From IMG/VR virus record IMGVR_UViG_3300028883_000053, positions 1 through 59,403 of that record: DNA of 59,403 bases, one strand, 5' to 3'. Numbering within the stretch: the first letter of the stretch is position 1; every line of letters begins with the position of its first letter. The notes under the pieces are model-generated. The model was given only the letters and a program-made list of their open reading frames with translations, made no database searches and was not told the DNA's origin. The position numbers were made by a program, and so were the translations under genes. Shown piece after piece: positions 1-9,388 of the stretch. The stretch is from a virus. Lineage: Duplodnaviria > Caudoviricetes.

Positions 1-137
1 CCCAATTGCCTGGGACACGTATCCTCTCTATTGACTGGCCGTGGTTGATGTTCACCTGCGCATAGCCCGCATAGGTCCAGGCGCGACCTAGAACCCTACT
101 AACCGAAGACGCTCCCCATGCGCCTCCCCTCGGTGCA
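1..137. repeat. Terminal direct repeat, left copy (circular assembly overlap)
   Basis: 1-137 equals 59267-59403 except C127 vs A59393; the overlap lies inside the integrase ORF. Confidence 0.95.
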
Positions 138-790
138 GGCACGTGCGCAAGACCTGACGCTAGCGCCGTCGCAGACATGCCACCGTACACGTATTCATCA
201 AAGATGCGACGCACGATATTCGCTTCTTCAGGCACGATGACGACCTGACCATCCTTGCCGCCGATCTTGATGTAACCGTACGGCGCTCCCCTTGGCATCT
301 CGCCTCGCTTGACCTTTCCGATTGTACCCATCCGGTTGCGATGACGCAGGCGGATCATCTCGGCCTGGGACATCGCAGACTCTAGCGCCAACATCAGCGT
401 AGCGCCTTCCTGGCGGGATTGCTCGGTTGCGTCGATGCTAGACGGCGGCGCAGATCGGCTATATATAGCGATGCCTGATTGATGGCAGTATGATACGACC
501 TGCATGATCAGCGCAGTCGTTCGACCCAGCCGAGACAGGTCACGGCATACGAGCAGATCAGCGCCACGGTTCTGCATGATTGTTCGTAGTTGTGCGTACG
601 CCTCGATACGGCTGCAGGCATCGTCGAAGCCGATGATTTCGCGCGACTCGCCAGGTACCTCTAGCGATGCGACCTGCACGCCACCGATCTCGTCAATCAG
701 CGCCTTATTTCTGTTCGCTTGGTCTATCGGGGATTCCTTTTCGGTCTGCGGTTTGGACGACACAGCAACCCACGAAATGCACCTGATCAT
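1..790 (-). CDS. int: Large serine recombinase/integrase, N-terminal part; continues across the junction into 59266..58611 (about 481 aa total)
   Basis: Manual translation from ATG 790: MIRCISWVAVSSKPQ...CRDLSRLGR...GAPYGY...IVPEEANIVRRIFDEY (resolvase catalytic and recombinase motifs); AAGGA RBS upstream; in frame with ORF 58611..59321. Confidence 0.9.
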   Translation of the reverse strand, partial: MIRCISWVAVSSKPQTEKESPIDQANRNKALIDEIGGVQVASLEVPGESREIIGFDDACSRIEAYAQLRTIMQNRGADLLVCRDLSRLGRTTALIMQVVSYCHQSGIAIYSRSAPPSSIDATEQSRQEGATLMLALESAMSQAEMIRLRHRNRMGTIGKVKRGEMPRGAPYGYIKIGGKDGQVVIVPEEANIVRRIFDEYVYGGMSATALASGLAHVPAPRGGAWGASSVSRVLGRAWTYAGYAQVNINHGQSIERIRVPGNW

Positions 791-968
791 CCGATTCCTT
801 ACTTTTGGCTTCTATGGTAAGTAATGTAAGATAAGTGGCTATGGCAGAGGTCTGACATCAAGGAAAGTTGTCATGGCTAGTAAATATCATATAGATTTTA
901 TTCATCGCAGGCAGGGACATAGAGACGGCTGGCTGTTTCACCGACTAAACAAAGATAGTAGACGCAAG

Positions 969-1520
969 TTAGTCGACCTTACCATCTCTTTCATCCAGGA
1001 TACGACGCCACCGCCGAAGGGCGTTCTCGTACTCGACGATCATCGCATCGGGACCGCTAGACGCAAACGTACTGGCTAGCGAATGCGCCAGTTCTTCTGC
1101 GGCTTCGTCGCCTATACGGTCAATGAGGGCATCACGCAGCGCATACCATACTTCTTCTTCTCGACTTGTTCGTAGCAGTGTTCGGCCAATATCCAGTAGT
1201 TGCGCCTGATAGACGGGACCTAAGCTCTTGGCGACCTCTGTAATATCGTAAACGATACCCTCGCCTACCTGATTTATTGGTGGCTGCGGGTCGTCCGATA
1301 TCAGTAATAAATAGTCTGCGGTCGTCCCTAGCGACTGCGCGAGCGCTGCGATGATATCCCCGCTGGGTATCCCATTGGACCGCTCTAGCTTGCTGATATA
1401 TGTCTCGCCTACATGCACACCGTATAGGCGCATACGGTCCCACAAATCCTTCTGCTTAAGATCCAAATCTTGCCTCAATACCCTGACCCGCTTGCCTGTC
1501 GTATCCAGCATATGCTGCAT
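969..1520 (-). CDS. XRE-family HTH repressor (CI-like)
   Basis: RVRVLRQDLDLKQKDL...ETYISKLERSNGIPSGDIIAALAQSLGTTADYLL is an HTH_3 pattern; adjacent to the integrase. Confidence 0.85.
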   Translation of the reverse strand: MQHMLDTTGKRVRVLRQDLDLKQKDLWDRMRLYGVHVGETYISKLERSNGIPSGDIIAALAQSLGTTADYLLLISDDPQPPINQVGEGIVYDITEVAKSLGPVYQAQLLDIGRTLLRTSREEEVWYALRDALIDRIGDEAAEELAHSLASTFASSGPDAMIVEYENALRRWRRILDERDGKVD

Positions 1521-1582
1521 CTTTCGTCTCTTCTAATCGTCGAGGTTTCGATAAATAATTACTATGAAAATACAATAAATTG

Positions 1583-1611
1583 TTGACAAGGCGGTCTGAC
1601 GAGTGTATACT
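1583..1611 (+). promoter_or_regulatory. sigma70-type promoter divergent from the repressor
   Basis: TTGACA-17 nt-TATACT. Confidence 0.7.
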
Positions 1612-1947
1612 TACTGTTGTTGGTAAATTCCGCACGCTATCATAGGACCATATGACACATGGCGCATGGCAAGCTCAATCAGATCGAGGTCGCTAGTGAC
1701 GACGGTCACGTTTTTGTTTTGTTTGGACGCAGGTCACTGAAAGATGCAGCGACTGATATGTTACAGAATGCTGTCGATTCTGCTTGGACCGGACAGCTTC
1801 GGCATGATATACCTGCTTCTACGGTAAAATATAGCACAAATTCACAAGATTACAATACCGGATTTGCCAAATAAGCGCACAATTCTGTGTTTTTGTGTAT
1901 ATGAGTATATCAGGGAACGGGACAGATAGCGCAATCTAAGGAGGCAT

Positions 1948-2520
1948 TTGATGTCGCTGGATACGAATTGCACGCAGAATATGATGGATGGCTCAGGCAA
2001 GGTCGTGGGCGTCAGCCTGTCGCACTTTGCGTTGCCAGATAGCAAATACAGGCTGGCTCGCTGCTCGTTGCGGGACGAGTACGCAGCGCAGGGTCAGACC
2101 ATCGCACGGGTGACGGCGATAGACAAGCACGGCGTCCCGCAGCGTGGCAGGGTCGCATTGCTGTGGCCCTACAATGGCAACACAGACTTCGGTCACAGTG
2201 CGGTGACGAATGACGTCACACCCATCGAGCATATGATCTCGAACGCATACACGCCACCTAACGTTGGCCCGCTGGCGATAGCGATCCTGGACGATGACGG
2301 CTTTGCGTCTGACGTCGTCGCTGGCCTGGGATTACCCTACGGTCATCACGTCAGCTTTGACATTGTATTCCAGGAGCGTGGCGCTGACGTCGACCCGACC
2401 GACGATCTCGATGACGACGAACATAACGATCTCCCTGTTGTCCCGCAGGAAGATATTCTCGCAGCGCTAATCGCAATCCGCAACGGCGTTGACAGCATCA
2501 TAGACGCATTAGAGCTATAG
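1948..2520 (+). CDS. Hypothetical protein resembling Chloroflexi surface-protein modules
   Basis: AGGAGG RBS; SDVVAGLGLPYGHHVSFDIVFQ motif recalled from Chloroflexi proteins (unverified); acidic tail. Confidence 0.6.
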   Translation: MMSLDTNCTQNMMDGSGKVVGVSLSHFALPDSKYRLARCSLRDEYAAQGQTIARVTAIDKHGVPQRGRVALLWPYNGNTDFGHSAVTNDVTPIEHMISNAYTPPNVGPLAIAILDDDGFASDVVAGLGLPYGHHVSFDIVFQERGADVDPTDDLDDDEHNDLPVVPQEDILAALIAIRNGVDSIIDALEL

Positions 2521-2557
2521 GCACACAGGACATATAAGGCCCGTCGCAAGGCGGGTC

Positions 2558-2586
2558 TTGACATTCCGTTCGTCGCATAGTAACGT
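2558..2586 (+). promoter_or_regulatory. Promoter of the replication operon
   Basis: GGGTC-TTGACA-17 nt-TAACGT. Confidence 0.5.
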
Positions 2587-2654
2587 TGCTAGCGTAGTGA
2601 CATGATCACTACGCCTCAACCTATCCACCCACCAAAGCGAACGAAGGGGAACAG

Positions 2655-2765
2655 ATGACAAACAGAAGCAAATTTGAGACTGCGATGTGGTACGTATTCA
2701 TCGTCGCTGTCTGGTCTATCGTGGGCGGTATCAGCGCTTGCATGTCTACTGTGAACGGATGGTGA
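2655..2765 (+). CDS. 36 aa hydrophobic peptide (not in ORF track)
   Basis: AGCGAACGAAGGGG RBS; MTNRSKFETAMWYVFIVAVWSIVGGISACMSTVNGW. Confidence 0.55.
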   Translation: MTNRSKFETAMWYVFIVAVWSIVGGISACMSTVNGW

Positions 2766-2768
2766 GCC

Positions 2769-2957
2769 ATGACAGACGCAGACATGATAACGAGGCTGGC
2801 TGAGAATACACGTCGCATCGTGAAGCTAACCGCAGACCTGACCAAGGCGCTGGGCGAGCCAAATAGATGGTTCATCGTCGACGAGATACAGGAATTGTCA
2901 GACGAGAACGAGCGCATACGCCTGGACTATGCGCTGAGGCTTGGTCATGACAATTGA
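2769..2957 (+). CDS. Hypothetical protein
   Basis: Tightly packed between neighbouring ORFs. Confidence 0.55.
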   Translation: MTDADMITRLAENTRRIVKLTADLTKALGEPNRWFIVDEIQELSDENERIRLDYALRLGHDN

Positions 2958-3870
2958 CATCGACAAACTGAAGGCGGAGTATCGACTAGAGGACACGGTC
3001 GAGCGCCTGACGGGCCAGCAGATCACCAAGCACAAGATAAGCTGTCCTCTGCACGAGGACAAGACACCATCGATGCACATTTACGATGACGGTCGTTTTC
3101 ACTGCTACGCATGTGGCGCTCACGGCGACGTCTTGGACTTCGTCGGCATTTACCTGTACGGGCGCAATTACAACAGCGATGCGCACTTCAAGGACGTCAT
3201 CGACCACCTCGGCGGCGTCGACATCAAGCCGATCCCGCGCACAGCGCCGTCTACACGCAGACCGAAAAAGCCAGGGCTATCAATCAGCGCCGTCGCAGTC
3301 GACAACTGGAATCTAACGATGCCTGACGACAGGCGAGAATTCTGGCATAGTCGCTGGCTGCGGGACGATGTGATTGATTTCTACAAGCTGGGCTGGGACG
3401 GTCGACGATACACCATACCTCTAGCATATCGGGGCGTCTATTTCGGCGTCAAACGGCGTAAGGCGGACGATGTGGACGACGGCATAGAGGCCAAGTATAT
3501 GATGTCGAAAGGCAGTCGAGCAGGGCTGTTTCCGGCTGATTGCCTGTTCACTGCGCAGCACGTCATCATCTGCGAGGGCGAAATTGACGCCTTGCTGATA
3601 CGACAGGCTGACCTGGACGCAGTGACGACAACGGCGGGCGCTGGGTCATGGAAGCCGCAGTGGGCGAGATTCTTCAGTCATATTCCACGCATCACAATTC
3701 TATACGACAACGACGACGCAGGGCGCGAAGGCGCTCTGAAAGTGCGAAAGAGCCTGCGCAAGGCCGAGATCGCCACATTGCCTGAGGGCGTCAATGATGT
3801 GGGCGACCTGCACGAGATATGGGGCATCGACGATGCCACCGCTTGGCTGCGAACGATTGGAGCAGAATGA
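2947..3870 (+). CDS. DNA primase (CHC2 zinc finger + Toprim)
   Basis: CPLHEDKTPSM..FHCYACGAHGD; ICEGEIDAL; YDNDDAGREGA; DVGD. Confidence 0.9.
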   Translation: MTIDIDKLKAEYRLEDTVERLTGQQITKHKISCPLHEDKTPSMHIYDDGRFHCYACGAHGDVLDFVGIYLYGRNYNSDAHFKDVIDHLGGVDIKPIPRTAPSTRRPKKPGLSISAVAVDNWNLTMPDDRREFWHSRWLRDDVIDFYKLGWDGRRYTIPLAYRGVYFGVKRRKADDVDDGIEAKYMMSKGSRAGLFPADCLFTAQHVIICEGEIDALLIRQADLDAVTTTAGAGSWKPQWARFFSHIPRITILYDNDDAGREGALKVRKSLRKAEIATLPEGVNDVGDLHEIWGIDDATAWLRTIGAE

Positions 3871-4598
3871 TGGGCTTTTCCTGTATACCTAACGACCTAA
3901 TAGACGACCCACAGATCGGCGCATACGAGATCGCAGTCTATGCGATCATAGCACGGCATAGCGACAGCGAGGGCGACAACGCAACGCCAAGCGTCAGCAC
4001 GATTTCGAGCTTGGCGGGTATCGGAGAGACGACCGTGAACAACGCAGTCAATACGCTGTCCAGACTAGGTTACGTCGCCAAGGTGCGACGATTTCTCCCT
4101 AACGGAGGCAACACATCGAACGGCTATAAACTGCCCAAACAGACGCCAGAACCCTACACCGCCACACGGCGCACGGGTCAGCCTACTGAGCACCCCCCCT
4201 ACACCGCCACACGGTCACGATCAATAGAACAACAACACCTTACTAACGTTCCTGCGGAACCCGAGCCTGCACAGACGGTTGACGATCAGCACAGATCATT
4301 TGCTGATACCGTGCAGGCATACGTCGACGAGGCAAATGCTGCAGGCAACAAGAATGCGGTCTGCATGCGGGCATACAAGGAGTTCTACGGTGGGCGAACG
4401 CCACCCGATTTCGGCTATCTCGGTCGGGTCGCCAAGAAGGTGGGCGGTCACGGTCGGCTGATTCGTATGCTGGCGGAGACGTCTATCAAGCCACCTGACG
4501 GCGACGTGCTGGCATACATTCAGGCTGTGAAGAAGGGCAAGGCTGACGAGGAAGAACGCAACACGGGAATGAGCCGAGCGCGTGTCTTGGCTGAGTGA
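3867..4598 (+). CDS. HTH replication initiator (HTH_36-like)
   Basis: PSVSTISSLAGIGETTVNNAVNTLSRLGYV...SNGY; internal direct repeats. Confidence 0.75.
   Translation: MMGFSCIPNDLIDDPQIGAYEIAVYAIIARHSDSEGDNATPSVSTISSLAGIGETTVNNAVNTLSRLGYVAKVRRFLPNGGNTSNGYKLPKQTPEPYTATRRTGQPTEHPPYTATRSRSIEQQHLTNVPAEPEPAQTVDDQHRSFADTVQAYVDEANAAGNKNAVCMRAYKEFYGGRTPPDFGYLGRVAKKVGGHGRLIRMLAETSIKPPDGDVLAYIQAVKKGKADEEERNTGMSRARVLAE
4152..4214 (+). repeat. Iteron-like 18 bp direct repeats in the initiator gene (putative origin)
   Basis: CCCTACACCGCCACACGG at 4152-4169 and 4197-4214. Confidence 0.65.
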
Positions 4599-4623
4599 CC
4601 TACGGGTCAGAAAGGAATGCAGT

Positions 4624-5007
4624 ATGTGGCTGTATACGACAGAGGGATTCTATAGCATCGTGCAGGACCGAAACAACGCATCACGTCTGATGGTGCGAGC
4701 GAGGGACCTGAACGACCTGCGCAATTTTCGACATCGTCTGCGGGACGCCAATCCAGACGACAGGGTAGACATCGTCGAGACGGTCAATGCGGATTACCTG
4801 TATAGGCTATTTGCGCCACGCCAGGACGTCATGCGGGTCGTTGGCGACCTAACCTGCAGCATCGACTACGACAACTACAAGAACGCTGTCAGCATCGTAC
4901 AGGGACACGAGCGGGCTAGCATATACATGCGAGTCTGGTCTGCGATGGTCGACCTACAGAAGCCCTGGCGCGACAGGCTGTTTGGGTGGGAATCGCACCA
5001 AAACTGA
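4624..5007 (+). CDS. Conserved phage hypothetical protein
   Basis: GAAAGGA RBS; MWLYTTEGFYSIV..VRAR..DYLYR..IDYDNYK. Confidence 0.7.
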   Translation: MWLYTTEGFYSIVQDRNNASRLMVRARDLNDLRNFRHRLRDANPDDRVDIVETVNADYLYRLFAPRQDVMRVVGDLTCSIDYDNYKNAVSIVQGHERASIYMRVWSAMVDLQKPWRDRLFGWESHQN

Positions 5008-5015
5008 CGAATCTC

Positions 5016-5069
5016 GAAATTGGGTCTTGACAACGTCATGACGTGGTGATACACTTCAATCAGTGAACG
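5016..5069 (+). promoter_or_regulatory. Repeated cassette promoter (class I)
   Basis: AAATTGGGTC-TTGACA-17-TACACT with extended TG and TGAT-N8-ATCA. Confidence 0.85.
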
Positions 5070-5098
5070 ATAAAACGCCAGACCGAAAGGACGACATC

Positions 5099-5302
5099 AT
5101 GACACGGTCAATCGACTTTAGCGACTTCCCGAACGACACAGCCTTTGCTAGCGACTTAGGCTGGCGACCAGGGCAATTTCCGAAGGTCATCAATGTCGGC
5201 GGTCACGAGTACAAGACCCGATATGTCGACGGCGCTGACGGCGAGGTCTGGTCTGTCAAGTACGCAAGCGGCTCACACTTCTTGACGGTCTACAACGACT
5301 GA
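5099..5302 (+). CDS. Small cassette protein
   Basis: GAAAGG RBS; follows the repeated promoter. Confidence 0.7.
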   Translation: MTRSIDFSDFPNDTAFASDLGWRPGQFPKVINVGGHEYKTRYVDGADGEVWSVKYASGSHFLTVYND

Positions 5303-5377
5303 CATCTGCAGGACACACACACGGGGTCGGCTACCTGTCGACCCCACACACACACTAGCGAAACGAAAGGCTACATC

Positions 5378-5665
5378 ATGACCGAGCAACTAAGCACAAT
5401 GACCGTCGGGGAAATGATCGAGAGGCTGCAGGAATTCGACGAGAACACACCGGTCGTCTTTAGCTACGAATACGGCGACTACTGGCGCAACATATGCGCA
5501 AACACTGCGGGGCGGGACGACGTCGACGAGGGCGAGGTCGAATGGTCAAACTATCACAACTCCTGGAAGCTGTCGAAGGATAGCGACGAATTCGAGGACG
5601 GCGAGGACGCAGAGGACGACGACGAGCGACAAGTTGCTGTCGTAATCGGTCCGAAGTACTGGTAG
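5378..5665 (+). CDS. Small acidic cassette protein
   Basis: Hairpin plus CTAGCGAAACGAAAGG RBS; MTVGEMIERLQEFD. Confidence 0.75.
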   Translation: MTEQLSTMTVGEMIERLQEFDENTPVVFSYEYGDYWRNICANTAGRDDVDEGEVEWSNYHNSWKLSKDSDEFEDGEDAEDDDERQVAVVIGPKYW

Positions 5666-5733
5666 GCGGTATCAACGGGACCTGTCGCCTTGGCAGGTCC
5701 CTACACTATAGCGAAACGAAAGGCTACATCATC

Positions 5734-6027
5734 ATGGCAGGTAATTTTGTAATCGTATCACAGGCGCTAGATACGTATACGGGCGAGGCATCATATGTGA
5801 CGTGGGGCGGTCGTATGCTATGGCTAGGTCCCTTAGAGGGATACCCTGACGGTGTCAATACGAAGCGCTACAAGACACGGGTCGCAGCGGATCAGGCGCT
5901 GCGCAGGATGAAGCGACAGTATCCCGAATTCCCATTTGAACAGAACGCCAAGGTGACGGTCTGGTCTGCGCTTTGGCAGGACAACGACACGCCAGATTGG
6001 TCAGCATATAACGGAGGCAAATCGTGA
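5734..6027 (+). CDS. Small cassette protein
   Basis: GGGACCTG..CAGGTCCC hairpin plus TAGCGAAACGAAAGG RBS. Confidence 0.7.
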   Translation: MAGNFVIVSQALDTYTGEASYVTWGGRMLWLGPLEGYPDGVNTKRYKTRVAADQALRRMKRQYPEFPFEQNAKVTVWSALWQDNDTPDWSAYNGGKS

Positions 6028-6188
6028 CGATCATCGTTTCAGGACATCGAGCGTTCCGTGCAATAGAGGACGGCTCGTATTGGCGGGTCGAGGAATTGCG
6101 AAACGGTTTATGGGTCGCGGTCGGCTTGGCGATCAGCGCAGATGCAGCCGAGCGCCTATGCGACGAGATGCACGAAAGGGGTCTGTGA
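6024..6188 (+). CDS. 54 aa hypothetical protein (not in ORF track)
   Basis: GGAGG RBS, GTG start overlapping the upstream stop, TGATG coupling downstream. Confidence 0.55.
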   Translation: MTIIVSGHRAFRAIEDGSYWRVEELRNGLWVAVGLAISADAAERLCDEMHERGL

Positions 6189-6472
6189 TGGGCAATGCAT
6201 CGGTCAGCAAATTGTACTCGGAATGGTACAGCGAGTGGGGTGGCGGGTCACTGAATATGAGCCTGTACAAATACACATCTGAGGGCGTGATGCCAATATA
6301 CGTCGTCGATTGGACGATAGATGACAGGTACGAGCAGGAGGTAGACAGCGACCAGACAGCCACGGTCGATTGGGCGGAAAGGGACGCTAAGCATATCAGG
6401 GAGTGTATTGCACTATTTGACTCGCTCAAGGAGACGCACGCGCATGACCTGAGGGGCGAGGACGATGGCTAA
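6188..6472 (+). CDS. Hypothetical protein
   Basis: GAAAGGGG RBS; coupled start. Confidence 0.6.
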   Translation: MGNASVSKLYSEWYSEWGGGSLNMSLYKYTSEGVMPIYVVDWTIDDRYEQEVDSDQTATVDWAERDAKHIRECIALFDSLKETHAHDLRGEDDG

Positions 6473-6626
6473 AAATTCCAAGGGCGAGAAGCGGGTCTGT
6501 CCCGAATGCGGACAGACGATGGATGGATGGCGCTGCATCATGCGCCCTCACCCAAAACACGGCTGGTCTTGGCCGATTACGGTCAAGGTCTGCCTTAGAT
6601 GCCACGCAAAGAGGATCAAGAAATGA
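6465..6626 (+). CDS. 53 aa zinc-ribbon protein (not in ORF track)
   Basis: CPEC...CLRC; GAGG RBS; coupled on both sides. Confidence 0.55.
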   Translation: MAKNSKGEKRVCPECGQTMDGWRCIMRPHPKHGWSWPITVKVCLRCHAKRIKK

Positions 6627-7009
6627 ACATGATGGTATCGGCTGACGCAGTGACGAACAAACAGCAGTCTGACTTTATGGCCTGGTGCAGGGACCACGAT
6701 TCGGGCGCAGACTGCACGCCACAGGCATACGGGTACTTAGCTGGCGTGATAGACGGTATAACGCAGCCTGACGCCCACAAGGACGTGTTACAGCTACTGT
6801 TGGGGCATCGCATCGACCATGATCACAGACCTGCGGCACAGCTAGTCGACGGCCTGCTTGATTGGCTTCCCAAGACCAAGGGTCGGGGCATCAAGAAGCA
6901 GCTAAACCCGAGCTATCGACCGGACTATGCTAGCTGCATCGCCAGGCTGCATGAAACCGTTATGCGGGGCAAGGGACAGTTAGGATTCAAAGAGGTACTT
7001 TATGGCTAG
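6623..7009 (+). CDS. Hypothetical protein
   Basis: ATGA overlap with the upstream gene. Confidence 0.6.
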   Translation: MNMMVSADAVTNKQQSDFMAWCRDHDSGADCTPQAYGYLAGVIDGITQPDAHKDVLQLLLGHRIDHDHRPAAQLVDGLLDWLPKTKGRGIKKQLNPSYRPDYASCIARLHETVMRGKGQLGFKEVLYG

Positions 7010-7262
7010 GATACAGCGGGGAATGTTTGTCAGGACAACACGCAACGTACGAGCGCCTTGGCGCATGATTCCGAAAGGGTCACGGGCTCAGATCAGTGTC
7101 AGATACTACTTCCCACAGCCTAACGGCGAAGAGGAACGATTCGTCACGATCCTGTCTTTCACAGACCGCAAGCTGCGACCGCCAAAGGATGAAATGATTC
7201 TGGACGTCGGAGCAGCGGAGGGCGACGAGCTACCGTCCTGGCTGCAGGTCGACAATCGCTAA
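7002..7262 (+). CDS. Hypothetical protein
   Basis: GAGG RBS; coupled. Confidence 0.6.
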   Translation: MARIQRGMFVRTTRNVRAPWRMIPKGSRAQISVRYYFPQPNGEEERFVTILSFTDRKLRPPKDEMILDVGAAEGDELPSWLQVDNR

Positions 7263-7315
7263 GATTGGGCCTTGACATCGTCCCTACGATATGATACATT
7301 CGAATCAGTGAACGG
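7261..7315 (+). promoter_or_regulatory. Repeated cassette promoter (class I) upstream of dnaB
   Basis: AGATTGGGCC-TTGACA-17-TACATT, TGAT-N8-ATCA, GTGAACG. Confidence 0.8.
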
Positions 7316-7433
7316 CAAACCGCCAGAACGAAAGGACGCAGACGACTTCGACCTTCAACTTTAGGGTCATATCAACCATACGCTGAGGGGCGGGCGACCG
7401 TCCCTCTACTTTTTCTAGCGACGAAAGGATCAC

Positions 7434-8771
7434 ATGGCTACAGCAAACACAGACGTCGTCACAGCGGCGGAGCATCTAGTAGGCAACCTTTGGTTTCAGA
7501 TGGACGCAGTGAGCGTCATCGCATCACGTCTGCAGCCCGATACAATGCGCAACGTCGTGGGCGGTCCACCTGCGATGGCGTACTCGGAAATGTGCAGGCT
7601 GCTTCGGTCCGAGCGGGAACAGCTATCGGCGGGCGCATTGGAGGCATCGCTCAAGTCGATGAGGTTTGATTGGTCCTGGCTAGACGACCTGCAATCACGG
7701 GTCGCTTCCGAGAGCATGCCTGTACTTATGCGATACGCTGCGACGATCAACAACGCTGCAGACCTGCGGAAAATTCGCACGTATTGCGCACGAGCAGACC
7801 AAGACGCACAAAGACAGGGCGCATACGCAGAGGACGTCGCAGCAGACCTGTTGCGGGCGCTCACAGACCAAGCGGAAGCAGCCACGGAGGTCGAACACAT
7901 ATCAGCGCCGATCAGCCGACTGCGAGATCAGTTCCAGGCTATGAAAGACGGCACGTACGATTGGGGACAGAAGACCGGATTCCGAGCAATCGATACGCTG
8001 ATCAGGATGGTCGACGGTGACCTGATTGTCCTTGGCGGTCGACCGTCGCAGGGCAAGTCGTCGCTAGCGAGACAGATAGCGCTACATCGTGCGAAGGAGA
8101 TACTGCGCAACGGCGAGAAGGGTCAGGTCGTCATCTTCACGGCTGACGATACTGCGGCGAAAACCGTCGAGGCTATGGCGGGCATCGAGGCACAGGTAAA
8201 TCTTGCTAACGTGCGCACAGGCAAGGCTACGAGCGAGGATTGGGCGAAGCTAGAGGATGCGATGCAGACCATCGAGCTACTACCGATCCAGGTAGACGAT
8301 ACGACACAACCGACAGTAGAACAAATGTACTATCGTGCAGCGATGCTAAACGCCCAAGCGCCTGTCAAGCTAGCGATCATGGACTATCTCGAATTGGTCA
8401 GCGTTCCCAAGGTATCGTCCGAGCTTGAGCGGGTCACACAGGCTGCACGTGGCATCAAGAGCATCGGGTCGACCCTTGGCTTCCCCTACCTGCTTCTGTC
8501 GCAGCTTCGCAAAGATGTGGACGACAGACGGGACAAGTGGCCCACGGCTGCAGACACGAAATACGCAGGCGAGGCGGAGGCTGACGTTATGATGCTGGCT
8601 ATGCGACCTGAACACTACATCAATCGTGGCGACACGATAGAGTGCAACGACGAAGATCGTCAGGGCGTTGCGCTGATCAATGTCGCTAAAAACAAGACAG
8701 GTCAGGTCGGCGTAGCACGGCTATCTTTTCGAGCAGAGGTCAGCAGTTTTGGTGACCTGTATCGCGTATAG
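7434..8771 (+). CDS. dnaB: Replicative DNA helicase
   Basis: GGRPSQGKS Walker A; IMDYLEL; LLSQLRK; VAKNKTGQVG. Confidence 0.92.
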   Translation: MATANTDVVTAAEHLVGNLWFQMDAVSVIASRLQPDTMRNVVGGPPAMAYSEMCRLLRSEREQLSAGALEASLKSMRFDWSWLDDLQSRVASESMPVLMRYAATINNAADLRKIRTYCARADQDAQRQGAYAEDVAADLLRALTDQAEAATEVEHISAPISRLRDQFQAMKDGTYDWGQKTGFRAIDTLIRMVDGDLIVLGGRPSQGKSSLARQIALHRAKEILRNGEKGQVVIFTADDTAAKTVEAMAGIEAQVNLANVRTGKATSEDWAKLEDAMQTIELLPIQVDDTTQPTVEQMYYRAAMLNAQAPVKLAIMDYLELVSVPKVSSELERVTQAARGIKSIGSTLGFPYLLLSQLRKDVDDRRDKWPTAADTKYAGEAEADVMMLAMRPEHYINRGDTIECNDEDRQGVALINVAKNKTGQVGVARLSFRAEVSSFGDLYRV

Positions 8772-8775
8772 GGTA

Positions 8776-8804
8776 TTGACGCAGACACTACAAAATGATA
8801 CACT
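8776..8804 (+). promoter_or_regulatory. Repeated promoter (class II)
   Basis: GGGTA-TTGACG-17-TACACT with extended TG. Confidence 0.75.
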
Positions 8805-8822
8805 GACAGACAGGAGCGAGCG

Positions 8823-8996
8823 ATGATTCCAGTAGGAACTAAATTCACGATGCGGGGCGACGAGTCTGGATACGTATACGTCGTAATCAAGACGACGCCA
8901 GATCGCTTCTATAGCGTGCAGGACGGTGTGGACCGTCCAGGATTTTGGGCTAACAATCGTTTCTTCGAGACGACATGCGAGCAAATCAATTCATAG
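8823..8996 (+). CDS. 57 aa hypothetical protein (not in ORF track)
   Basis: Promoter plus AGGAG RBS; MIPVGTKFTMRGDESGYVYVVIK. Confidence 0.6.
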   Translation: MIPVGTKFTMRGDESGYVYVVIKTTPDRFYSVQDGVDRPGFWANNRFFETTCEQINS

Positions 8997-9253
8997 GCAC
9001 AGCGATCAACGTTCTATCATCTGTGGCGGGTGATGTGGGCGATATCGAAAGGCGTGCAGCGTCAGCGGGTATCGACGTAAGTCGTATCAACTGGCAGGGA
9101 AGTGCGAAAATCGTGTGGTACAGAGTGTTGCAGGAGGCGGGGAAGATTCCTGACAGCCTGGAAATACTGCTCGCAGACGTCTATAACGACTATCCCACGG
9201 ACCAGATCGCCTATATACGTTCAATGTTACTAGTAGGGAGGGATGATACCTGA
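8975..9253 (+). CDS. Stand-alone EAD1-like (effector-associated, Death-like) domain protein
   Basis: DIERRAASAGIDVSRINWQGSAKIVWYRVLQEAGK..DYP; paralog of 10682..11206. Confidence 0.65.
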   Translation: MRANQFIGTAINVLSSVAGDVGDIERRAASAGIDVSRINWQGSAKIVWYRVLQEAGKIPDSLEILLADVYNDYPTDQIAYIRSMLLVGRDDT

Positions 9254-9388
9254 GTGCGCAAGGTCACGGGGCGGCGAAACATCTAGTTGGTAATGCGAAT
9301 AGATCAGTGGACGTCGCCCTATGACCAACGGTAATTATGCGGCAACGCTATATATAAATCGACCCATCTAATAGAGACAGGAGATTAC

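Noticed and set aside
1-137. Terminal repeat as biological virion DNA ends
   Set aside because: It falls inside the integrase gene and is best explained as an assembler overlap of a circular molecule.
9262-9326. Hammerhead ribozyme
   Set aside because: GAAAC is present, but the CUGANGA core and three-stem junction are not.
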